Source: Azolla caroliniana (Eukaryota > Plantae > Polypodiophyta). Taken from it: a DNA stretch of 64,000 nt. A program made the position numbers and the translations under genes. The notes below the pieces were generated by a model that was not told the origin of the DNA, did no database searches, and worked only from the letters and a program-made list of their open reading frames with translations. The stretch lies in NCBI GenBank assembly GCA_043228905.1, contig JBHGNT010000015.1:15190001-15254000 (forward strand). The letters run 5' to 3'. Below are positions 23,840-36,932 of this stretch, in pieces; the first letter of the stretch is position 1, and every line of letters begins with the position of its first letter.

Positions 23840-26800
23840 TACACACACAGTCACAACACATATCTCTAGTCTATTCCGCTGCACAAGAATCACCATCGAT
23901 TCTTTACATGGTATCAGAGCAGTTTGGTAGCTTGATCTCGCCCATCCGCATTGTCATGAAGATTTTCGGCAATGGTGTGAAAATTGCATAAAACATACGA
24001 AATCGAGTATGAATCACATAAAACAATAATAGTGAAGATATTAATTTGAAATAAGTTTAATATCTTGGTACAAAAAGATGGAGGTCCTGAAGAGCTTTCG
24101 AATGCACTTTACTACATAAGAAACGGACATCTAAGTGTCAAGTTATGTGGGTATGAAGTTTTGCAAAAGAAAAAGAGAAAAATAAAACTATGAAATATCC
24201 CACATAGATAGGAAAAGTTTAGGCTCCAGCTATATAAGAAGATTGAGATCCATCATATTTCATCTATGTGTTAAGAGCACATAAGAAATAATTGGACTTG
24301 AGCCACTTTTTTCTAGATGGACATATGTGGTTAAGTCATCAGATGTGGTTGAGTGCTTGAACCGACCAGTGAAGAAACTCAAACCGGCCGATGACAGGAC
24401 CGGAAACCGGATGGAGCCGGTAACCGGATGCATCTGGCAATCGGTGAACAGCATCCAGCGACGGAGCCAATGAGTTGGCGGCATCCGGCGACAGTGCCGA
24501 TGAGCCAGTTTAGAGCCGGTGAGCCGACGGAACTAGCCACCGGCCATCGGCAAGCAGCGACCAGCCGATGACCGCCAAGCGACTCAGGATGAGGACCAAA
24601 CCAGATCGGGATGCGGACTGGGCTGGACCAAACGGATGCAAATCAGACGGATTGGTCGGGTCGGTTGATCATGGTGCATGGTGTCTTAAAGATATTTGGT
24701 CCAAAAGCCTAATAGTATTATGTGCATAAAAGAAAAAGATGTAAGCAAGACTCGAACTTTGCACCTCCAAGATAGGAGGCCATAGACTTACAACTAAGCT
24801 ATGTCATTTCCTTAGAAATGATTTTCCTATCATTATAATTTTACATGTAAATCCTCATATTAGAGCTTGATTGACATGTGATGCATGAGCACCAAATGGC
24901 AAACATGCATCACATGCATTTCATGCATTGTCTGCATGTCTTGTACCCTCACATGCATCATATGCATGGGAACATCTAAAAAAGGGTGGATGAAAAAGAT
25001 CAAAGGGAGTTTTGTACTTGATATTAAAATTAAAATTAAAAGTAAGAAATTCGTTATCCAATTGATGATATATCTTGTCTCTCAAATCTAAAGTTAAAAG
25101 TTTGATCTTATCTCTCTCACTCTCTATCTCTCTCTCACCATATCAATCTCTCTCAACCTAAAGTCAAGCGTTTAAATCTCATATTAATCTTAATCTCTCT
25201 CAATCTAAAGTCAAGTGCTCTATCTTATCTCAATCTCTCTCCCTCAATCTATCTTAAATCCTTTCTCGCTAAAGCTAGTGCATGCTTCGAGTCCTTCCGG
25301 TTCAGAACCCCGGCGATTCCGCCTCACGATCCGCACATAGTGACGGATCTTCACAACAGCGTGTGTTGAGATCTACGCCGACGTTCAAGAAGAACCGGCT
25401 CATCGCTATCGTAGTGCGACTACATAACTCGTATTCAAGAGAGAAGAAGAAGGAAGAAATCTACATCGAACACCATGAATACTCAAATGGGGAGCGTTCT
25501 CCCTAGCAAGAAGTTGGACCGAAACAACTTCGCATCTTGGGAGATCAAGATGCATCAATACCTTGTCAGTCAAAGCTATTGGAGCTACATCAAAGGAGCA
25601 CAAGAAAACTGGTGCGACCCGAAAGACGCCGACTATGCAACATGGGAGCAAGCGGCAAGTCGAGTAATGTATTGCTTGGCAACATGTGTTCATGACCACA
25701 TGCTCAGTTACATTCGATAAGCCGAGATGCCGAAGGAAGCGTGGGAAAATCCACGAAAGATTTTCGTTGCCAACACGACCGCGAGGAAGCTTCAACTCCG
25801 CCAAGAGTTGAACAACATCCAATAAAGGGATATGTCCATCACAAGCTACACCTTGAAGATCAAGGAGCTTTGCTATGCACTCGGCTCAATAAGCGTCAAT
25901 GTGGAGGATGACGAAATGGTGCAAATATGCCTCGGTGGCCTTGCACCACGATTCGGCGCGATGCGGACCACCTTACTAGCACGGGAGAATCCACCCTCCT
26001 TCTTTGATCTTCAATCTATGTTATTGGTCGAAGAGAATCATGTTCAAACTAGGAGCAATGCCTCGGAAGGCCACATGCTCTACACGCATTCGAATGGAGG
26101 AAGAGGACGCGGTCCAGCAAGAGGCCGATTTAGTCAAGGACGAGGCGGCGGACGAGGTCCGTCTTATGACAACAACTCCCAATTTCGACAACAAGACGGA
26201 AGCCATCGAGGAACCTTCGGAAGAAGGGGGAGCTTCCATTCCAGTTCGAGTCGACAAAACTCAATCGAATGCGGATATTGTGGAAAAATCGGCCATCATG
26301 AAGAAGAGTGCCGGAAGAAGAAGCGCGAATCGACTTCCACAAGCCAAAAACTCACAAATTATGCCACTAACTCCGATTATGAAGAGCTTGGCGGAATGTT
26401 CATGATGAGACATAGAGCAAATTATGTCGACCTCTACTTCGACTAATGCCTCCAATCCAAAAGATGTATGGTTTGTCGACTCCGGTGCTTCGAACCATAG
26501 GACGTCCCGTCAAGAATGGTTCCGAGACTTACGAGAGCTGGATCGACCCGGTTATGTCGAGATCGGAGATGACACCACTCATCCTATTCGACATATTGGC
26601 AATGTCCCATTCGGGGAAGAGGGCAAACAAAGTTGCATCAAAAATGTATTACATGTACCCACGATAACGAAGAATTTGGTCTCGGTCGGCCAAATAGTGG
26701 AGCAAGGGATGCAAGTTCGATTCAACCAAGGTGGTTGCTTCATCGAGAAGGAAGGCCAACTCATCGCTCGGGGTTGAAGGGAAGGTAGAATGTTTATCCT

Positions 26801-29800
26801 CGAGTCAAACGAGGTGAAATCAGCCATGTACGCAAAGGTCCTCAAATCCGACACCAACATAGAGCTATGGCATAAAAGAATCGGTCATATCAATCTCAAC
26901 AAACTCAAGGCGATGTAATCGAAAGGAGTCGTCATCAGGCTCCCGACCTTCAAAGAGAAAGAGATTGAAGGAGTATGTGAAGCATGCCATTTCGGCAAGC
27001 AACATCGGCACCCGTTCCCAAAGGAGAGGAACGTGAGCAAAGGCCTATTGGACGTAGTCCACTCGGATGTGGGGGGACCGGCACAGACGGCTACGTTCAG
27101 AGGATGTCGGTACTATGTTACCTTCATCGACGACTTCTCTAGATACACATGGATCTTTCCAATGAGGATGAAGAGTGAAGTGTTTACACATTTCCAAAAA
27201 TTCAAAAGCGAAGTCGAAAAGACAATTGGGCATCATGTACGATGTCTTCGGTCAGACGGAGGAAAGAAATACTTCTCCGATGCGTTCACAACATATCTTC
27301 GAAAAGAAGGAATTCGACGAGAATTCACTTGCCGACACACACCGTAACAAAATGGAGTGGTCGAACGAAAGAATCGGCACATCCTTGAAGTAGCACAGGC
27401 CATGATGAACGAAAAGCACGTGCCGAAGTCGTACTGGGCAGAAGCGGCTAACACGGTCGTATACCTCATGAATCGGTGTACAACATCGGGTGTGCACGAA
27501 CTTACTCCGCATGAGAAGTTTTTCGGAAAGAAGCCGGATCTGTCACATGTTTAGATATTCGGTTCCATTGCATATGTGCACATCCCTGATGAGAAGCGAC
27601 AAAATCTCGAGCCGAAGTCGGAGAAATGTATCCTTGTAGGATACTCACTGGAGCAAAAGGGGTACAAGTGCTATAACCCCTCTACTCAGAAGGTTCGTGT
27701 AAGTCGGGATGTCATTTTTGACGAATCAACATCATGGTACAAACCCGAGCCAATTCCTCCTAAATCATCTACGAACGACCTCGACAACACAAATGATGAT
27801 CAACTAAGTTCAATACTCAAGGAGAGTCCTATCTCAACCAAATTGAGCGGACCACAAGAACCTCCAAGAAATCAAAGCACATCTCGGCCAAGTCCAAAGA
27901 TGGACAAAGGGAAAGCCAAAATGCTGGAATATGAAGACGACGACAATGAATCGACTCACTCACTCGATAGTGATTTCGATGGCTTTGATATGCCTCTTTT
28001 GAGGTCACCCGGAGTTAAGAAGGCACTTACATCGACAAACGAAAACCTTCGTTGCTCCACCCGTGAGAAGAATCCTGTTAGCCGATTCGGCTATAGCGAT
28101 TATATGCCACATACCATTATTCCTTTATGATGAAGGTGGCAGCAGTTCGAGAGCCGGAGAGCTTTACCGAAGCCGCCAAAGATCCACGATGGGTCGAAGC
28201 GATGAACAAGGAGATGCAAGCTCTCAGCAAGAACGAGACATGGGATCTTGTCCCACACTCACACCAGAAGAAGGCAATCGGTTGCAATTGGATATACAAA
28301 GTGAAGTATAATGCCGACGGTTCCGTCAACCACTACAAAGCTCGACTCGTAGCAAAGGGCTACGCACAAACACATGGAGTTGATTATGAAGAGACCTTTT
28401 CCCCGGTGGCAAAGATGACGACTGTGCAAACCGTAATCGCACTTGCAGCGCGAAAGGGTGGCACCTCCACTAGATGGACGTCAAGAACGCCTTTCTTCAA
28501 GGTGAATCAGAAGAGGAGGTGTACATGATACAACCACTCGGCTTCGAATCCAACATTCATCCGAAAGCCATCTACCAACTCAAGAAGCCTCTCTACGGCC
28601 TTAAGCAAGCACCACGTGCTTGGCACTCGAAGATAACACAATATCTTCATCGAATCAGCTTCCGAATGTCAAAATCCAACAATTCTCTCTATGTAAGAAG
28701 CGATTCCGAAAGTCTGATTATCATCATCCTGTACTTGGATGATTTGGTCATTGGAGGTGAGCATCTAGTCGACATCAACAAGGTCAAATCCCTCCTTTCC
28801 AACAAATTCGAGATGATGGACATGAAAGAGCTCCACTATTTCCTTGGCATCGAGGTAATTCGGACTCCAGTCGGGATTATGATCTCCCAACGGCACTACA
28901 TTCTCAACTTGTTATACAAGTTTAGAATGATTGAGTGCAAGTCTGTGGCAACACCTCTCGACCGAAACCTCAAACTAGATGCCAATTCTGGCACCACAAA
29001 GTGTGAGCCGACTCAGTATTGACAACTGATCGGTAGTCTTATCTACCTCACAATCACTCGACCAAACTTGAGCTATCCGGTCGGCCTTCTTAGCCAGTTC
29101 ATGCAAACGCCACAAGCTATCCATTTGGATTGTGCTAAGAGAGTGCTACGATACGTGAGCAGAACAATGGACTATGACATTCTCTATAAGTCAGCCACGC
29201 CAATTCAACTCGAGGGGTACACAGATGCCGACTGGGCAGGCTACAAAGCTAACCAACGATCAACCTCTGGTTTCGTCTTCTCCCTCGGAAGTGGAGCCAT
29301 CTCTTGGAGTAGCAAGAAGCAACCAATCGTCGCTCTTTCGAGCACAGAGGCCACTTGTGAAGTTGTATGGCTTAAGAGGATATTGAAGGATCTAGGCGTT
29401 CCCATCAAAGATCCAATTCCCCTTTACTGTGACAACATGAGCAGTATTTATCTGGCTCGGAACCCGGTGTTCCACACACGCACGAAGCATATCGAAGTGC
29501 ACTATCACTTCATTCGAGAGCGCATTCAGGTTGGCGATGTCGACCTTCAACATATCACTACGAATCTTCAAATAGTCGACATCTTCACCAAAGCCCTAGG
29601 AGCTGACAAGCTTCAGCAATTCCTGTCAGACCTTGGATTGACGGTCCCTGACTTGCCAAGCTTGAGGGGGAGTACAACCGAAAACCGGATACGAGCCGAA
29701 GCGGACATCAACCGAAGTAGCCGACCAAAGTTGAGCTTGAGGGGTGTGTTGAGAATCAAGCTCAACCTAGTCTAATGTGTGAACACACCCTTGAGAGTGT

Positions 29801-30047
29801 ACACTCAAAGTTCAAAAGTCACCACTCTTATCTACACATTAACTATGTGTCATAGAATCATATTCTATGACACATAACTAATGAGTTTTCACATTCCCCA
29901 TGACCCATGAGCTTCGGTAGTTAATGAAGAGAGAGAGTACTATATAAAGCACTCTCCTCCTACTTTGTAATTAGCTCGGTTAATCTCCTTTGTAATATAC
30001 ATTGTCTTGAGTATTCTATCGTTGTTCAAATCTATCTATCGTGTGTT

Positions 30048-30092
<45 letters not shown>

Positions 30093-30152
30093 CACACACA
30101 CTCACAGCACATATCTCTAGTCTATTACAAGAATCACCATCGATTCTTTACA
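23489..30152 (+). mobile_element. Copia-2: full-length decayed Ty1/Copia element with a long leader
   Basis: LTRs 23489-23908 and 29747-30152; TSD GAAAA; PBS TGGTATCAGAGC 23909-23920. Gag from 25475 (CGYCGKIGHHEEEC), PR WFVDSGAS, IN, RT (YLDD), RH. PPT GAGGGGTG 29739-29746. Confidence 0.95.
24742..24808 (-). other. tRNA-like A/B-box sequence inside the Copia-2 leader
   Basis: Minus strand TAGCTTAGTTG...GGAGGTGCAAAGTTCGAGTC; resembles 1063-1130. Confidence 0.45.
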
Positions 30153-30902
30153 GAAAACTTGGCCAAGCTTGTGCAAACTACCCTTCACTTTGGTGAGCCC
30201 ATTGTCGCATAAACGTGTGTGTGTGTGCTACTCGAGCAGGACCACAAGGGTCTTAGACCAAGGAGGACACAAAGACTAGGAAGGTGTCAATGCTAGTAGA
30301 TCCAAAAGCTCTTGGAAATCGAGCACTCCTCAGACTCAGAAGCTCGTTAGAGGCGAAGGTTCTCTAGAAAGATCCATAGACTCAACAAATCCCCATAGTC
30401 AAAGGGAAAGTAGAGTCGAAGTGTTAAGAGTCTATTACTAATCAATAGACCAAATCAAGTAAAAAGGAAGAAAATAGATTGGATAGAAGAACCCGTTCCA
30501 CCCGACCACCCCCGAGCTATGATCTAGACATAGCCAACCTACCACCGACGTCCCATACCGCCGGATATTAGGATGACTAATACCTTGGAAGAGATAAACA
30601 CGATCGTCGAGACGAAAGCCTAGCCCGCACCACCGGTGTCTACGACAGCAGCCTTCCGACGTGATGATCCCTATGAGGGTAGCTAAGCCTCATATTTATA
30701 CCTTTTCCTAGGCCCCTTGAATAGATGTGCCTTTCTAAAAGGCTCTCTATTCATTGGTTGTCTAAATCATGATAGTGCATGCACATATCATTCATTCTAT
30801 CCAATCATTAGTCCCCTTTTTAATAATAGTGAACATACCCTTCACTAATGTAAATATTAGTGACCTACCCTCACCAACGTTATGTGTACATAACATACTC
30901 CC

Positions 30903-33900
30903 CTACTTCAAAAGATTGCACTCTTGCAATATAAAGTGAGGAAATTGTGCCTTAAGCGAATGCTCGCGTTCCCATGTGGCATCATCAATAGGTTTATCCA
31001 TCCATTTGATCTTGAATAGCCGAATCTCTTTAGAACGTAAACGTTTAGTACGAGAATCAAGAATTCGTTCAGGAACATGAGGTTTGTAAGAAAAATCCTC
31101 TAATGTTACAAGATCTTGGATTGTGATGGTGTTATCACCAGAGCCTAAAAATGGTTTTAGACGACTGACGTGAAAAACAGGATGAATACCAACGTTACGA
31201 GGTAAGGCAAGGTGATAAGCAGATGACCCAACTCGCTTAAGGATTTCAAATGGGCCACAATATCGTGGGGCTAACTTAGCGCACTTGCCCGTAGATAATG
31301 ACGTAGAATCAGTCGGGACACGCAAAAAAACTTTTTGACCAATAGTAAATGCACGAGGACGTCTATCCTGATCAGCATAAAATCGAGCACGATCTTGAGC
31401 TGTCTTGACATTTTCTTTGGCAATATGCAACATTTGGTTCATGTCTTGCAAAAAATTGCGTGTACTGTCTAATGTATCACGATGAATCGTGACATCAACT
31501 GGGGCACGTGGCTGAAAACCATACATCAACATAAAAGGACTATATCCAGTGGATGTATGTTTAGAGCTATTATAGGCAAATTCTAAGATAGGAAGGTATT
31601 GCTCCCACTTAGAAGGGGTTTTTGCTACATAAGCTCGAAGCATGTCCTCAATAATTTGATTAACTCGTTCAGTTTGTCCATCAGACTGAGGATGATCTGC
31701 GGAACTCATGCTCAACGTAGTTTCTAGTTTCTTAAAGACCTGAGTCCAAAAGTCACTAGTAAACTTGGAATCTCGATCACTAACAATATCCATCGGTAAT
31801 CCATAAAAACGAAATAACTCATCAACAAATTGATAAGCCAACTGTTGAGTGGTTACCGTGGTTTTTGTAGGAATAAATCTAGCTAATTTTGTTAGCCTAT
31901 CAACGACAACCCATATGGCATCATGACCCCTCTGTGTACGAGGTAAACTAACAATAAAATCCATCGAGATACTTTCCCATTTATTGTTGGGAATATCTAA
32001 GGGATGTAAAAGACCAGCAGCTTTAAGTCGTTCCGACTTATTAATTTGACATTGTAAGCATTGAGTTACGTATTTATGCACGTCAGAGCGCATCTTAGGC
32101 CAGAAAAAAGTACACGAGATGAGAACGAGTGTGCGTTGTATTCCAGGATGACCAGCAGATGGTGCATCATGACATTCATGAAAAAATTTCTGTTTAACAT
32201 TTGGTAAATCTGGAACACAGACCTTTCCACTATGGTAGAGCAAACCGTTTGTAATGTGAAAGGTCGCCTTCGAGGGTAGGGTGCTAGTATCGGCATCTAA
32301 ACCAGATTCGGCTTTCGTCCAGTATTTTGAGAAATAACTGTCATCAAGGTATTTCCCTCGAAGGTGATCTAAAAGATCAGATTTTATTTCCGTGAAGCTA
32401 AGCATGTTAACTTCTTTAATGCGACTAAGAGCATCAGCAACGGTGTTCATAGAACCCTTGCGATATCGTATGGAAAAATCAAAATCTTGCATAAGGTCAG
32501 CCCAACGGCCTTTACGACCAACAAGATCGGGCTGGTCACAAAAATACTTTAATGATTGATGGTCTGTTGTAACCACAAATTTATTTCCATAGAGATAGTG
32601 CCTCCATGTTTTAAGTGCGTGTATCACCGCAAACAACTCTTTCTCTTGAACCGAATACCGAGATTGAGCAGCATCAAGCTTCTTACTTTCAAAAGCAATA
32701 GGGTGACCACCTTGATAAAGAACGGCACCAATAGCATAATCACTAGCATCGGTTTCAATTGAGAAAGGCTTAGAAGGGTCTGGTAATAGAAGAGTGGGAG
32801 CCTGACACACATGCTCCTTGAGTGTCTCAAATGATTTGTCAAGTTGTTCATTCCATGAAATTGGTTTGACAGACTTACGTGGATGACCTTTTAAAAGGTC
32901 AGTTAATGGCGTAGTCAATTTGGAATAGTTACGAATTGATTTTCGTAAAAATCCAACAAACCCTAAGAATGATCTAAGTTCACGAATATTACGAGGAATG
33001 GGCCAAAGTTTAACCTTTTCAATACGAGAAGGTTCAATTTCAACGCCATTTTCTGTAATTAAATGACCTAGGTACACAATAGATTTTTGGAAGAAGTCAC
33101 ATTTTGAATGTTTTGCATAGAAAGAGTTGTCACGCAACTTTCGCAAAACAAATCGAACATGTTGAACATGATCTTGCAAGGTACGGCTATATATCAAAAT
33201 ATCATCCAAGAAGACGACAACAAAATCACCGAGTTGATCTCGGAAAACATCATTCATCGCTTGTTGGAATGTGGCTGGAGCATTAGTCAACCCAAATGGC
33301 ATGACTAAAAACTCATAATGGCCATAGCGCGTACGAAAAGCGGTTTTAGGAATATCATCCTCGGCAATGCGAATCTGATGATAACCAGTTCGTAAGTCAA
33401 TTTTCGTAAAATATCGAGCCCCGTGCAAACGATCAATCAAATCATCGGCACGAGGTAATGGATATGCATTCTTAATTGTCATTTTATTCAAACGGCGATA
33501 ATTGATACACATTCGCCACGAACCTTCCTTCTTCTTGACTAATAGAACTGGCGCACCCCAAGGTGATTTACTATACCTAATGTGGCCCATACTCAAGTAT
33601 TCCTTAAGTTGTTTAGCGATCTCATCCTCTTCTAATCGACTAAGTCGGTAAGGTGGAATGCTCACAGGAGCAGCCCCAGGGATGAGTTCAATTTGATGGT
33701 CCACATTACGTTTAGGTGGTAAAGTAAGCGGTAATTCAGTAGGAAACACATCTTGAAAATCCTCTAAAATAGAGTCGAGTAATCGTTGCTCAAAATGTGG
33801 TAATTGTGTGGCGTCAATATTAAAATAATAAAATTGAACCGCAGGATCAATTACACACGAATAAATTAATGAACTAGAATACTCACTTAAAAATTTAGAA

Positions 33901-35306
33901 GACACAAGTGAATGAGAAGGAAGTTTGGAACATTGAATAAAATGTTTACAATTATTAAGTTCAAATGTGATTGAGTGATTAACCCAATCAATGGACAAAG
34001 AAGGGTTTTTATTAAAAAACCAAGGATATCCTAAAATGACATCTGCGGATTGTAATTTCATAACATGAAAGTCAAGCTTCTCCAAATAAGTATCTATTTG
34101 AATTGGCAGTTGACAAACAATGCCACTAATGTATTGAACGTTTCCATTTGCCATGTGAACTTGATAGATATGATCACTTGCGTTTATGTGGAGCTCCATT
34201 TGCTGCACAAAGTGATCATTAAGAAAATTGTGAGAACTACCGGAATCAAACAAGAAATGTGCTTGTGTTCCATTGATATATCCGACTGCTCGGAGTAAAT
34301 CATTAGGTCCAAGTAAATGTGAAGGAAAAGTGCATTCACATAAACTTAAGTGATTGGTATGAACTTCAACAATATCAAAAGACTCACCTGTGTGACTCGT
34401 AGATTTGTCTTGAGGAGGGGTGTTCATTGACTTCCTCTCAAGACGACGACAGGTATCCTTTGTGTGGCCCCGCTTCTTGCAATATGCACAGAAGAGGTTC
34501 GGTTTCTTTGAGTCGCGGTCAAGAGTGTCACTGGATTGCTTACGTTTCCCAATGAACTTGACATTCGGAGTTTTGGCGAACTCAGGTTTATTGTGGTCTT
34601 TCTTGGAAGTCCTATGGTATCGCAGCACAATGTTGACGGCTTCCTCGAAAGTTGTGGGGTCCTTGTCATGGACAATCCAATGATAATCCCCATTGGGAAT
34701 ACCATTCAAAAAACAAGCGACAAACCATTTCTCACCCGTAAGTCCCGATTTTTGGATCTGGGTCCGAGCGTGATGCACATAATCCTCGAGAGAGGTAAAT
34801 GGCTTACTAGACAACGTGAGCAAGTGTTGCGCTTGTTCGGTTTGAGAAGGTGGCTGCAAGAATTGTTTCTTAAAAACATCAACGAAACCTTCCCAAGTTG
34901 TGGGTAAGTTTTTTGCAGTCCTTAGGCCACGCCACCAAGCAGCAGCTCGGCCACCTAACTCACGACCGACATAACCAATTTTTACTGCATCGGGCTTGGG
35001 ATGAAGCTCAAAGTGAGACTCCCAACGACCAAGCCAAGTGCTAATAGCCTCCTCGGTTCTTTCTTTCTTATCTCCCTTGAAAGGCGTGACTACGAAGGAA
35101 GGTTCACCTTCTTTCTTGGACTCAATAGTTAATTCTTGGAATTTCTTTTCCAATGCCATATTGGCCTGTCTCATTTCGGCCAATTGATTCAAGGTAGTAG
35201 TGAGCAATTGCTCAATAGTGATCTCAGCTTGTGTGCGAGATGCGGATTGGGGTTGAGAGGTCTCATTTGGAGAGATCGTTCCAACTGCGTTCAAAACTTG
35301 TTCCAT
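30903..35306 (-). CDS. Gag-Pol polyprotein with chromodomain (1467 aa)
   Basis: Gag; zinc knuckle [14 protein letters not shown]; PR FLFDSGS; RT KIDL/FLDD; RH ETDAS; IN HHCC-DDE; GPF; chromodomain PERILD...KIKW...DATWE. Confidence 0.97.
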   Translation of the reverse strand: MEQVLNAVGTISPNETSQPQSASRTQAEITIEQLLTTTLNQLAEMRQANMALEKKFQELTIESKKEGEPSFVVTPFKGDKKERTEEAISTWLGRWESHFELHPKPDAVKIGYVGRELGGRAAAWWRGLRTAKNLPTTWEGFVDVFKKQFLQPPSQTEQAQHLLTLSSKPFTSLEDYVHHARTQIQKSGLTGEKWFVACFLNGIPNGDYHWIVHDKDPTTFEEAVNIVLRYHRTSKKDHNKPEFAKTPNVKFIGKRKQSSDTLDRDSKKPNLFCAYCKKRGHTKDTCRRLERKSMNTPPQDKSTSHTGESFDIVEVHTNHLSLCECTFPSHLLGPNDLLRAVGYINGTQAHFLFDSGSSHNFLNDHFVQQMELHINASDHIYQVHMANGNVQYISGIVCQLPIQIDTYLEKLDFHVMKLQSADVILGYPWFFNKNPSLSIDWVNHSITFELNNCKHFIQCSKLPSHSLVSSKFLSEYSSSLIYSCVIDPAVQFYYFNIDATQLPHFEQRLLDSILEDFQDVFPTELPLTLPPKRNVDHQIELIPGAAPVSIPPYRLSRLEEDEIAKQLKEYLSMGHIRYSKSPWGAPVLLVKKKEGSWRMCINYRRLNKMTIKNAYPLPRADDLIDRLHGARYFTKIDLRTGYHQIRIAEDDIPKTAFRTRYGHYEFLVMPFGLTNAPATFQQAMNDVFRDQLGDFVVVFLDDILIYSRTLQDHVQHVRFVLRKLRDNSFYAKHSKCDFFQKSIVYLGHLITENGVEIEPSRIEKVKLWPIPRNIRELRSFLGFVGFLRKSIRNYSKLTTPLTDLLKGHPRKSVKPISWNEQLDKSFETLKEHVCQAPTLLLPDPSKPFSIETDASDYAIGAVLYQGGHPIAFESKKLDAAQSRYSVQEKELFAVIHALKTWRHYLYGNKFVVTTDHQSLKYFCDQPDLVGRKGRWADLMQDFDFSIRYRKGSMNTVADALSRIKEVNMLSFTEIKSDLLDHLRGKYLDDSYFSKYWTKAESGLDADTSTLPSKATFHITNGLLYHSGKVCVPDLPNVKQKFFHECHDAPSAGHPGIQRTLVLISCTFFWPKMRSDVHKYVTQCLQCQINKSERLKAAGLLHPLDIPNNKWESISMDFIVSLPRTQRGHDAIWVVVDRLTKLARFIPTKTTVTTQQLAYQFVDELFRFYGLPMDIVSDRDSKFTSDFWTQVFKKLETTLSMSSADHPQSDGQTERVNQIIEDMLRAYVAKTPSKWEQYLPILEFAYNSSKHTSTGYSPFMLMYGFQPRAPVDVTIHRDTLDSTRNFLQDMNQMLHIAKENVKTAQDRARFYADQDRRPRAFTIGQKVFLRVPTDSTSLSTGKCAKLAPRYCGPFEILKRVGSSAYHLALPRNVGIHPVFHVSRLKPFLGSGDNTITIQDLVTLEDFSYKPHVPERILDSRTKRLRSKEIRLFKIKWMDKPIDDATWEREHSLKAQFPHFILQECNLLK

Positions 35307-36298
35307 GATGCACGCTGTGGGTATGCAATAAAATAAGGAGGTTCAGAAAATACACAAGCAAAATGAATGCTTGAAATTTTGATTGAAAGAACTTTATCCA
35401 AGAAAGTATCTCATGTCTTTACCCCTCTAGACATATGAGATGTGATTCGAGATCCGATAACTATGGTAACACTATGGTGTTTTAAAAACCATGGGGGAAA
35501 ACATAGCTAAGATGTATTTCTCGGATCTCTATCTTGAGTAATCATGGCGGCTCCCCGAGGCTCAACCATGGTTCTTACATCAATGAAATTTCCTAGATAG
35601 CCTTATATTAATGCCAACCCATCATGTATTATATGGTCGAGAAAGTGTATTACGTGAAAAAACAAGTGCACTCACAAGTAATATTCTAGTCTTGCGAGCA
35701 ATAAGCAAACGTGATGATAAAATGATAAAATAAGGCACTACTCATAAGAGTTAAGTAGTGACGAAAACAAGGGTAAAAAAAAAGAACCCATGTGTTACCT
35801 ACGAAAAAAACAATGTCACAAATAAATGGGAAGTGCAAGGTATGCACATATACATCCCAATATGATTGTTATAACTTGCACAATTGTGACATAAGCCACA
35901 AATTGATACAAGTGATGACGGTGTTGTGCGCAAAGATGTAATACTCAAATCCATGAGTAAAACATCAATAAGGGAACTCATATGGTTTTACTCGTTTTCT
36001 AAGGCTTGATGATAAGAGTTAAACCTAGATGACCCGTTGAAAAAAAAATCGTTCAACAAGCCACTCCATACGAAAAATTAGTCTACACGTAAAGGTTACA
36101 TTAAAATAAACGATGTAAATACTTTATACATGAAAAGGAAGTGGAAAAAGGAGAGTTAATTGTGGGCGGGTAAATAATAATTACTAGAAAATCATATAAG
36201 TGAAACAATACTTATGAAATTAAAATTTAATTAGAATAATCAACAATTAGGTGTATGGAATCAAACATGCCCTAAGATACGAAACCCTAGGGTAGTTG

Positions 36299-36625
36299 AC
36301 ATGCACCTCCTCAAGACCACCACATATCCCTAGAATCGGCCAAGTAATGGCTAATTAAAGAGGAAAGTGGCATAGGTAAGTGACATATACCTCGTCAAGG
36401 CCACATCATCCCTTAGAATCGGCCAATTGATGGCTAATTAAAAAGGAAAGTGGCATATGTAAGCTACATATACCTTGTCAAGGCCACAACATCCCATAAA
36501 ATCAGCCAATTGATGGCTTAATAGAGAGTAGAGTGGCATAGGTAGGCAACATACACCTCGTCAAGGCCACATCATCCCTTAGAATTGGCCAAGTGATGGT
36601 TCAATAGAGGGGAAGAGTGGTATAC
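36299..36625. repeat. About 83-bp tandem repeat x4 in the chromovirus leader
   Basis: acatatacctcgtcaaggccacatcatcccttagaatcggcc... units at about 36299, 36383, 36466 and 36549. Confidence 0.85.
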
Positions 36626-36633
36626 TCAACATC

Positions 36634-36932
36634 ATATGCAAAACGGCCATGAGATAAGCGTGTGCGATTAGAGCAAACACGCTCGACCCAATGCACAAGA
36701 ATAATTATTATCATAAGAGTTCAAGAGAGGAGAGAGTGGGATATATATCGCAATATGCAAAAGGCCATGAGTTGAGCGTGTGCGATTAGTGCAAACACGC
36801 TCGACCCAATGCACAAGAATAATTATTATCATAAGAGTTCAAGAGAGGAGAGAGTGGGATATATATCGCAATATGCAAAAGGCCATGAGTTGAGCGTGTG
36901 CGATTAGTGCAAACACGCTCGGCCCGATGCAT
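36634..36932. repeat. 118-bp tandem repeat x2.5 in the chromovirus leader
   Basis: tgtgcgatta recurs at 36661, 36779 and 36897; units near-identical. Confidence 0.9.
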
